This document shows, in pieces, positions 25,494-35,524 of a stretch of DNA of 64,000 nt. Each line of letters starts with the position of its first letter. Within the stretch, counting starts at the first letter, position 1. Origin of the DNA: Octopus bimaculoides (taxonomy: Eukaryota); assembly GCF_001194135.2 (NCBI RefSeq), contig NC_068981.1, forward strand, positions 157,022,979 through 157,086,978. Reading direction: 5' to 3'. A program made the translations under genes and the position numbers. The notes below the pieces were generated by a model that had not been told where the DNA came from, made no database searches, and saw only the letters and a program-made list of their open reading frames with translations.

Positions 25494-28026
25494 ATGAGTA
25501 TGTGTGCGTGCGTGCATGTGTGAACACACACATGCATGGAAACTGCAGCCAAATTTACTGTTGGTTTGATAATGAAGATGATGATGGAGATTGTTAATTG
25601 AAGCTAAGAAGTGGGTGATATCAGATATTGAATCTGATATAGTGTACAAACTGCTAGCTTTAATGTTGGATTAATACAGGTCATCAGAAAGTAATGCACC
25701 ATTAATAGATTTAATTTTTGTCTAAAAAAAAAAAAAAAAAATCAATATTTGGCACCCTCTATGAAAAACTGATTACAACTATCTACATTGATAATTTGAT
25801 TAAAAAAAAAAAACACATCAAGTTATATCTTGGTTTCATATTTATCACCTGCTGCTGCATTTCCTTTTGCCTGAGGCTATATTTACTACTATTACTATTA
25901 CCACCATCACTGCCACTATAAGACTATAAGGCCAGCTTCACAATTTTCAATTTTCTTCTCTAGTCTAAATAAATAAAAGCTATAAGAGCATCAGCAATAT
26001 GGGATGCAGGTATGTTTGCAATCAAAGAATTGTAACTATTCCTACCTAGTCAACACTTTGTGCATTACATCAGGAATAAAGAAACTATAGAGGTAACAAT
26101 ATTCCAGTCACAGATGTGATCTCTTGCTTACAGTAATGAGAGGCCCACTATCTGTAGTTCCAAAAAATCTGAGTCTTAAATTATACTGAATTTGGATTAT
26201 AATGAGAGATAGTTGCACCAAACAACCAACCTCATTCTCTTTCTGGTCATTAGCAAGGCAGGGTGACTGGAGGTATAATAGGGATGTCATGGAGTAACTA
26301 GAGCAATCAGCACATCTTACTCTGTTCTAAGATACATGTTCCACAGCCTTTCTACTTATTGAAACTTGACTCCCTATTGATAGATTTCTTTCTCCTACAC
26401 GATCCACTAAAAATCCAGTCTTCTCATGTGTGGGACAAGACCTTTAAAAAAATGGTACCAAGAGTTCAAAACTCATCAGCTATTCTCAAATTAGTTTAGC
26501 ATATCAATTAATGTCTTTGAATAGGAGGGCAGTCTACTGTGAGATGCGGAGAATTAGTGGAGTTACATATAAGAAGTGGATACCAGGTGGAAGCTATGAC
26601 AAAGGAACTGTCCTGAAAAAGAATTGGTAGGACCCCTTACCAAATCCTTTGGTAAAAGAGTCCTGCCAATTTATCTTCGGTTTATGTAGTATTAAATAAA
26701 CGAAAAATAAATTTCTCATTGAATATATTTGGCTTGTTGCAAATTGCTTTCTCATGGAAATCTACAAGAGGCCAAAAATTTGAACTTAGCATTGCTAAGT
26801 AACAAATTATTCCTTAGTTTTACACAGCAGATGCTTTTCTTTTCATTTTGATAAAATTATACTATCCACGCCTGGTGTTGCCATCCGGTTTCACCAGTCC
26901 TCAGTCAAATCGTCCAACCCATGCTAGCATGGAAAGCGGACGTTAAACGATGATGATGATGATGATGACATCACTTACAAATAAGTGGACAGGGTATTTT
27001 CATTCGATGCAGTGCTTGTGACAGAATATGAACTGTTGATCAGTTGGCTGGTTGCCTGATGGTCTATTGATTCAGTTATCTATGATCTTTAGGAGCAATC
27101 TGTATCAAAAATGAAGTTGAAAGCAAAGCAAGGACGTTATTATCAGAGCTATCAAGAATAAATGAAGATAAGCCAATGAAGGAATTTCTATGTAGTCATT
27201 CAAGCTGTTAGAAATAGCAGCTAAATTTCTTTTAAATTGTACCATACCTCTATCTCAAAAGAGGAAAGACACATTAGATAATGTAGTCATAGATAACACT
27301 ATACTTGCAAAAAAACAAATGGTCAAAGCTGGAACAACCCTGGTCATACATCTGCTCAGTTGGAGATGACCTGGGGTTAAAACATAAACAACTAGCTGGA
27401 TTTGGAAAAGATGTTTTACTAAAGTTTTGAGAAATACACCTAATAAGGTAATGAAAATTTTATTTTTTATTGTGTATCTGAGTTTTATCTCTTTGAAACC
27501 ATTTTAAAATATAGCAAAAGCCTGTCAGTTGATGTTATGAGCAGATATTTCCAAACTTTGAATATTTTTTTTTTTTTAAACTTGTACAGTGATATCACAT
27601 TTCTTCTGAATACATTATGGTTTGCTGTGTTACTAACTGACCCTTTGGAGTGCGAGAAGAACATACAAAGGATGATTACTTTATATTTTAGTTATTTTAA
27701 AATGGAGTCTTGTCTGAATGTCGTTGCCATAGTGAGTCAACACATTTGTGGTCTTGTAAATGGAATGAAGGGAGTGAAGACAGAATGAGCAGATAGAAGC
27801 AGAGATCAGGAAGTAAAATCTGCATCTAAAAGTACAGAACTCAAAAAAGTCTTTGCGATGAAAGCAAATTTGAGATGTGACAAGAAAATTTTAATTGGTG
27901 TAAGTTGTAGTAAAGGTACCGTTTGCACACAAATTATGGCCATGCAAGTAGATTAGGTGAACTAGCAGAGATTATGAATTCTTCAACTAAGTGTATTGAA
28001 AGCAAGTTGTTGATAAAGGAATAACA

Positions 28027-29690
28027 ATAATAATAATAATCTTTTCTACTACAGGCACAAGGCCTATAATTTTGAGGAGGGGGATAGTCAATTACATTGA
28101 CCCCAGTACTCAACTGGTACTTACTTTATCAACCCCAAAAGGGTGAAGGGCAAAGTCAACCTCGGCAGAATTTGAACTCAGAACAGAAGTCTGATGAAAT
28201 ATCATTAAGCATTTCACCTGGCATGCTAACGATTCTGCCAGCTCACAGCCTTGATAATAATAATAATCCCTTGTACTAAAGGCATAAGGCCTGAATAATT
28301 GTGGGTGGGGGGACTAGTTGATTACATCAATCTCAGTGCTTCACTGGTAATTAATTCATTGACCCCCAAAAGGATGAAAGGCAAAGTTGACCTCAGCAGA
28401 ATTTGAACTCAGAACACAGCAGCAGGTGAAATACCGCTAAGCATTTCGCCTGGCGTGCTAACAATTCTGCCAGCTTGCTGCCTTAATAATAATAATGATA
28501 ATAATAATAATAATCATTAACTTTTCTACTATAGGCACAATGCCTGAAATTTGGGGGAAAGGGTAAAAGGCAAAACCAACCTTAGCAGCATTTGAACTCA
28601 GAATGTAAAGTCAGAAAAAATGCCATGAAGCATTTTGTCCAGCATGCTTACAATTCTGCCAGCTCACTGTCTTAATAATGATGGTTTCAAATTTTGGCAC
28701 AAAGCCAGCAATTTCAGGAGAGAGGGTAAGTTGATTACATCAAATCCAGTGCTCTACTGATACTTATTTTATCAACCCCAAACACTGAAAGGCAAAGTCA
28801 GCTTTAGTGGCATTTGAACTCACAACATAAAGCCAGAAAAAATGCAGGAAAGCATTTGTCCAGCATGCTTACAATTTTGCCAGGTCACCATAATAATAAT
28901 AATCCTTTCTATTATAGGCACAAAACCTGAAATTTGGTGGAGGAGATGGTCAATTACACCAACTCCAGTACTCAACTGGTACTTAATTTATCAATCCTGA
29001 AAGGATCAAAGGTAAAGACTTCAGTGGAATTTGAACTCAGAATGTAGCAACAGGTGAAATACCACTAAGCATTTCATCCAGCATGTTAACGATTCTGCCA
29101 GCTCACTGCCCTAATAATAATGCTATATAGTTGATGTTGCATGCTCCTTTGACCCATGAATAGTCAAGAAGGAAAGAGAAAAGGTATATAAATACAACCG
29201 TCTTAAGTACAAAATAGCCCGGCTATGGAAACTGAAGAAGGTGAAGATAGTACCAATTATTGCTGGGTTCTTGAGAACAGTATCAGAAGATATCAAGGAG
29301 AATATAAAAGAAATTGGAATAGAGTACTCAGTAGAACTGTTGCAAAAGGTTTGCCTCCTTTGCATGACCAGAATAATCAGGAAAGTATTAGATAGCTGAA
29401 AAGAACGGATAGCATGGTACCATAGGCTGCAGGTAGCAAGCCCATTACACATGTAAAACTCCAGGAACTCCAACAAAACCTGTGATAAAGAGAAATAATA
29501 ATAATGGTTTCAAATTTTGGCNNNNNNNNNNNNNNNNNNNNNNNNNNNNNNNNNNNNNNNNNNNNNNNNNNNNNNNNNNGGTTAGGTCGATTATATTGAG
29601 CCCAATGTTTAACTGGTACTTATTTTATTGACCTCAAAAGGATGAAAGGTGAAGTCAGTCTTGGCAGAATTTGAACTCAGAACTTAAGGA
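28027..29690 (-). repeat. Head-to-tail array of family B SINEs (five consecutive units to about 29111, a sixth after the R4-like fragment)
   Basis: Repeated ~185-230 nt units containing GAATTTGAACTCAGAA and ...GATTCTGCCAGCTC, separated by (AAT)n. Plus-strand copies of the family lie at about 18450, 22800, 35060, 35630, 36260 and 39200-39560. Confidence 0.9.
29122..29490 (+). mobile_element. 3' fragment of an R4/Dong-like non-LTR element (restriction-like endonuclease domain)
   Basis: Plus frame IVDVACSFDP*IVKKEREKVYKY..LKYKIARLWKLKKVKIVPIIAG...ELLQKVCLLCMTRIIRKVLDS* fits the RLE-domain pattern D-x-E-K-KY...LW...VPI.G...LQK.LL. Confidence 0.7.
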
Positions 29691-31312
29691 TGAACAATAA
29701 TAATATGTCAGCAAGCCCATACTTGAAACTGAAGGTGATGATAGTAGTAGTGGCCCAAGAACCACTGTGAGGATTCAACTACATACTCTCCCTTTTTCCA
29801 CTACCCAAGTATGATGAGAATGGCAACAAGCATTCATCACTGCTTTAATATTACTTTTTCCATACAGGCATATGTTGGACAGTTCTGTTGTACACTGACA
29901 CAGAATATAATTACACACCTCAGTCTTTCGTCATCACTTCCATGAATCCCAGTATCCTGAAATCTGACTGGAGTAGTTCTTTCCATATCTTCCATTAATA
30001 TTCTCCACTGAGAGGACTCTTCACCCATTGATAAGCATCCATACTAGTGAAGTTGTCTCAGCTCACCTGCATTCTGTCTGTTAGTCTATCAAAGATCTCG
30101 CAGCATATGATATGTACCAATTTATTACAGTGCTCATTAAGTTGCTAATATTATTATATTGAGCAAAATATTTTTAAGACTGATCAAGGTGAGGTTAATA
30201 TATGAAATATCAAATAACCTTTCTAAAGAGATCTTTCCACCCTCTCAAATACTTCCCCACTTCTTGTTTTGCAAGTTACTTGGCAACCCCATTAGTACCT
30301 GTAGTACAAGGAAAGCACCCAGAACACACTGTAAAATGGTTGGCATTAGGAAAGGCATCCAGCTGTAGAAACCATGCCAGAACTGACATGGAGTATGATG
30401 CAACCCTGTGGCTCACCAAATCCTGTCAATTCATGTCAGTACAGCAAACAGATGTTAAATGATGATGATCTTGTCATCAGAATACCACAGAACTATATAA
30501 ACATAGTACATTTTATATATATTTTGAAGACCTTATGATCAAACTTATAGCTACCAGCATCGAAAACAACATATTTTACCAATTCTCTCAAATTTACCTT
30601 CATTTATAGTCCTTGTTAAATTTAGAACATATACCCAGAATAAATTATGCCCTCTTATTTGTACGTCTGTGTTCTTGTAGCTTACTTAAAAAAGAAAGGT
30701 TAGATTCCTGCCGATAGCTTCAATACTGTGTAATTAAAAGCATTGCAAAATCAGACTCTGATTACAGACAATTAACAGCCTGAATTTAGGCATTTGGCTG
30801 AGTAATAAAATTCTTTATATTATATCATTAATAATAATTAATATCATGTTTCTTATAAATTAGTCAGAAGTGGAATAGTTATTCCTAGGCTGGTGAAATC
30901 AATGCAGTTGATAACCATTTTGAACATTTGCAAATCAATGTTAAGTAAACTCCAGGGGCTTCTGTGCGGGGCAATGTGTTTTGTGTGGTGTCTGGGAGGT
31001 GAAGTACAGTGAGAATGACAGAATGAGGAATTACAATTAGGTTGAGTAGGAAGAGAAGGAATAAAGCAATTGTATAATAAATTGTAGAATAAAGCAGATG
31101 CAGTTATAGTACTGATAGAAGAAACAACAAGAGGACACTGCATTAGTGTTTGAGCTAATGATTTGCAGTGTGTTGGTGAGAAAATTGTTAATGAGTATCC
31201 CATACTTTGCTGTATGAAATACAAATTTTTCAAAAACAAAAGTAAACTGTTCAATTCAAGATCAGCTTTGCATATGTTAAAGTGTATAAGCTAGCATTCA
31301 ATAAAATGTTGT

Positions 31313-31567
31313 ACAGATTTTGTTGTACTTGGGGATGGTCATATTGCCAGTTTAGCCAATAAAAACACACGCACTGTATATTTGGTGTTCATTTGCTTCA
31401 GCTTTATATTACATTACATTACATTAATCCTATTTCAGCCTGAAATAGGATTAATGTAATGTAATGTTATATAAAGCTGAAGCAAATTAACACCAAATAT
31501 ACAGTGTGTGTGTGTTTTCATTGGCTAAACTGGCAATATGACCATCCCCAAGTACAACAACATCTGT
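31313..31567. repeat. Near-perfect 255-bp palindrome (foldback / MITE-like)
   Basis: Arms of about 125 nt are complementary with few mismatches around a 3-nt loop at 31438-31440. Confidence 0.95.
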
Positions 31568-32874
31568 TTCAACACACGATTTTACATCAAAAATCTTGCA
31601 AAACAAATATATAAACGGTTGTACAGATTATATGTATCATTGGTTAGGAGTTAGAGTTCAAGGTTAGGGGTTGTTTTAGGATTTAGGTTTAGAGTGTAGG
31701 TTAAGGGGTTATGGTTGGGATTAGGATTTAAAATATAGGATGGCTATGGTTGGAAAGCAGGAGTTCTGGTGAAATTACTTTGCACATGACTCACATCTGT
31801 AGCACATGTACCAAAACCAAAATGAATCAGACTATTTACTTTTTGTTTTGAATAATTGCTACTTCAGACAGTAAAGTACAGGATACTTATATATCAGTTG
31901 ACAACTTCAATATAACAATGTAAAAGTTCCAGCATGGATGTAAGTAGTAATGGTTTGAGAGCAACATGTAAGCAGTGATGGTATTTTGTGTTGTGATTAA
32001 ACAATTTCTCCAGAATCTCGGAGGATTAAGTACACATTTATTGTTACATTGGTTTATCTTAATTATTTTTATTTATTTATTTATTACTTTTGCGATATGG
32101 ATAGATATTTCTACAGCAACATGTCAGTCTGTCCAAGATGATATTTTAAGAATTGTGCAAACCGACACCTCTTTTCTCTTCTTTCCTCACTCTCAGAGGG
32201 GCATAGATCTGAAAAGTTAAAACTCTGAATTTAAGGTAGATTAATTTACCGAAATATACTATCCAACGAAAAATTTTTGCCAAGACAGACTTTAATCATC
32301 TTCCTCAGGTTTACATTTTCCCCCCTTATGCAATCAAAATTGAGGGGAATGCCCAATAAAAAACATCTGCATTAAAACTGAATACAACTTTGGAGTTGGT
32401 AATCCAAACTTCATCTTCATAAATTGTTATTGTACCTTTATACAACTTCTCGGCTGTTTCAACCCTATAAAATTTGTGAACTTATGCATAAGCTATAGTA
32501 GAGAACATCGTTTTTGGTAAGGGAGATTTCTATTCAGATGTTAAACAGAACATTAATAAGATCTTTCCTGTAAATGTTTGCAGAAAGGAAAAAGAAAAAC
32601 AAATGGATGGATGTAGGAATGCTAACAAAAAAGATTGAGTAGATCTTTTTCTCATTATATATTAACTAAAGATTATCTAAAAACACAAAGAGGATTGCAT
32701 TACAGGTAGTTGCTGGAACTCTAGATAAATATTACTCTGTGTGTGTGTGTGTGTGTATTTACATGAAGTTAAATATATGTTCAGTCATAGAGTCACCAAT
32801 GATTTCACATCCATATATTACTGCTCTAACTTTTAGAGTGTTCTTCTTTTTCGGATATATGATCCACTGACGAT

Positions 32875-33238
32875 ATATATAATTTGCGTATTCATTTATT
32901 GTTGAACAATTAAATACTAATGATTTTACTAGAAAAATTATAAACGATCACAATCAGCAGAACATCTTCCGTTACGATGATAGAAATACTCAAAACACGT
33001 TGTATTACTAGCACCTGGAGTGAAGAAAAAAGGCGTACTCATGAAATATACATACATGTGTATATATTTCGTTTGCGTATTTGTTTATTGTTGAACAATT
33101 AATTACTAACAATTTTTACTTAAACAAAAGATTACAATTAGCAGAATATCATCCGTAACGAATGTTACAAATACTCAAAACACGTTGTATTGCTATATTG
33201 CTAGCACCTGTACTGAAGAATAAAGGTGTACTATGAAT

Positions 33239-33240
<2 letters not shown>
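32875..33240. repeat. Two-copy ~185-bp tandem duplication
   Basis: Shared blocks TTTGCGTATT, TTTATTGTTGAACAATTAA, AAATACTCAAAACACGTTGTATT and CTAGCACCTG in both units. Confidence 0.9.
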
Positions 33241-33281
<41 letters not shown>

Positions 33282-33450
33282 CACTTGATAATAATTCGCG
33301 GATCTTATGTTTCGTTATAATAAGTAAATAACGTTAAATGTAAAAAAAAAAAAACTATTTATTGACCATAGTTAACAACAAGACGAGCAGCAACTAAATC
33401 ATCTGCCTTCTTTTCGAAGACAGATCTAAGAAGTATATCAAACAACTTAC

Positions 33451-33496
33451 TTGTAATCTAACTCAGTAACTTGAGCCAAGGCTAAGCCAACCACAA
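33451..33496 (-). CDS. TMX3: TMX3 coding exon 2 (VVVGLALAQVTELDYN)
   Basis: Acceptor TTTCTTTCATTGCAG, 46 nt, donor GTAAGT, phase 1 to 2. Ends the signal peptide; ELD matches the DLDES segment of human TMX3 as I recall it. Confidence 0.9.
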
Positions 33497-33594
33497 CTGC
33501 AATGAAAGAAAATAGATTTAATGTTTCCAACTGCAAAAGAAAGAGAGAACATTTCATCACTAAAACAGAACAAGATAAAAAATATTTCTCTCAC

Positions 33595-33628
33595 CGCTTA
33601 ACACCGATTGGAAAGCAGCAAGCACCAT
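33595..33628 (-). CDS. TMX3: TMX3 coding exon 1 (signal peptide start, MVLAAFQSVLS; an in-frame upstream ATG at 33646 would add MFIVLK)
   Basis: Minus-strand ATG GTG CTT GCT GCT TTC CAA TCG GTG TTA AGC G followed by donor GTGAGA (phase 1). Joins exon 2 in frame to give a hydrophobic signal peptide. Confidence 0.85.
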
Positions 33629-33843
33629 CTTCAGCACTATAAACATAACAGGACCGAAACACAACAAATATTTTTATTTCGAAAATTATTCAAAATCGAA
33701 TATAAGGAAATAATTTTTGGTAAATAATTATTAGTGTATTATTTTAAAATTATTGGAAGTAATGAATGTGTAATTTGGGCATTTTTACTAAAAACATTGA
33801 TTTTTATCATTCACTCCCTTTTGAAAAGCATTAACTTTTTAAA
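33629..33843. promoter_or_regulatory. Bidirectional promoter / 5'UTR region shared by TMX3 and PFDN4
   Basis: Divergent start codons lie 215 nt apart (197 nt if the upstream TMX3 ATG is used). TSS positions are inferred, not seen. Confidence 0.8.
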
Positions 33844-33867
33844 ATGGCTGCGACAATGAAAAATGCG
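33844..33867 (+). CDS. PFDN4: PFDN4 exon 1 (MAATMKNA)
   Basis: ATG GCT GCG ACA ATG AAA AAT GCG then donor GTGAGA; nearly identical to the human PFDN4 N-terminus MAATMKKA. Confidence 0.92.
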
Positions 33868-34793
33868 GTGAGACAACTTTAATTCACACTTCTTTGATAT
33901 TCTGCTTTCAATAATAACGTATTTTCAAAATCTTATTTGAATCGTCAATTGTATAAATATCATTGTAAGAGGGAAATCAGTATTTGTCATTCATTTCCAT
34001 GCTCACTATCATCCCTCTCTTGGTAAATTCTTCATTCATCTGTTTGATTCGTCAGTAAAATTGTTTCGCATCATTTACACACCAGGAAGGTATTAAATAT
34101 CTATGAAAACAAAATCTTTTGCCAAAATGTTATATTTTATATTAATATAAGATACACATTTCCTAATAACTGATTTTACTACATGATCACGAGTAAACTA
34201 ATTCATTCTGAGATCAATCTGCTTTTAGTTTTGATATTTCCCTGACAACTATGCAAAAACGACTATATATATATGCGTGTGTGTGTAGTAATTCCATTTC
34301 AACAATTTTCCATGAGTTGAAACTATGCGAAATCAGTTGATTAGCTAACAACAATGAGCTACAACTCCTGAATCTATCAAATGTGATATTTCATTTTTTC
34401 GACTAATGTTATCAGTTGACAGAAATTGTTATAATCAGTTACTGTAATTTTTATGAATGTGATGCATCTAAGTATCCAGAAAATTGTTAAACCTAGTGAA
34501 GTGGAGTGACATGATAGCTTAGGGTCTAAGATATGTAATATAGCGAGTTGAAAAGCTCGCTTAGGTTATCCAAGCGGTTAGACAAAAACGCCCTTCATGT
34601 ATGTTTACAATCTAAAAGCAACGAGAAAAACAAAGAAAACCCCAATGAGATCAGTTAACCAAATTTTTTGGAAAATAAAAACGATGTAGTTGAGACCATC
34701 GACATTGTCTTTAGTTCCTAGTAATTTCTATTAGTGGAATTGCCTCCCTTGCCTGAATTTCTATAGGATTTCTTTTTAATTTTTAGATCTTTG

Positions 34794-34871
34794 GAATATG
34801 TCTTGTCTACTAACTGCATGTTGTATCTGTTAGAATATGTCTTGTCTACTAACCGCATGTTGTATCTGTTA
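34794..34871. repeat. 39-bp tandem duplication in PFDN4 intron 1
   Basis: GAATATGTCTTGTCTACTAAC(T/C)GCATGTTGTATCTGTTA twice, one mismatch. Confidence 0.95.
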
Positions 34872-35419
34872 TTATGTAGTCATGATCAGATTTGAAGTGT
34901 AAAGTTGAACACATAGAAGTTAAAATTTTAATTGAGGAAAATATTTTCCTTTTCAAGAATATGTGATAGAGTATAATTAAGAATATTAATGGTGAAGCAT
35001 TACTTAATATAGATAGGAGCCAGTATACATTGTATAACATATTAATATCATGTAAAACTAAGGTGGCTAGCCAGCAGAATTGTTATCATGCTAGACAAAA
35101 TGCCTAGCTGCAATTTGACCATCTTTATGTTCTGAGTTCAAATTCTGCTGGGGTCAACTTCGCCTTTTGTCTTTTCAGGGACGATAAAATAAGTACCAGT
35201 TGAGTATTGGGGGTCAATGTAATTGACTTTCAGTCTCCCACAAAATTACTAACTTTGTGCCAAAATTTGAAACCAGTTTATATAATACTGCTTAGAAGTA
35301 AGGATTTTGTTAAATCTCTATGATAAAATTTGTTTAAAATATTGGACCAGCAATATGCTGGAATGTACTGTGTTATGATATAGTTTATATTTTATAAGAA
35401 AAATGTTCTATTGTTGCAG

Positions 35420-35524
35420 GAAAGTGACGTGCATGTTACTTTTGAAGACCAGCAGAAGATCAACAAATTTGCTCGGCATAATGCTAAACTTCAAGATCTG
35501 AAAGATGAGGTTGCTTTAGAAAAG
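35420..35524 (+). CDS. PFDN4: PFDN4 exon 2 (ESDVHVTFEDQQKINKFARHNAKLQDLKDEVALEK)
   Basis: Acceptor TTGTTGCAG, 105 nt, donor GTAAAG; contains the family-signature VTFEDQQKINKFAR. Confidence 0.97.

Noticed and set aside
25446-25649. His/Thr-rich ORF ending at a perfect CAG|GTAAGT donor
   Set aside because: The HT repeat is a translated (CA)n microsatellite, and the donor has no frame-compatible partner.
29919-30066. Exon-like minus-strand segment (MGEESSQWRILMEDMERTTPVRFQDTGIHGSDDERL) with an AG|GTGTGT donor
   Set aside because: It could join TMX3 exon 3 in frame, but the true exon 2 was found at 33451-33496. Inserting it between exons 2 and 3 gives stops with either candidate acceptor, and there is no recognisable homology.
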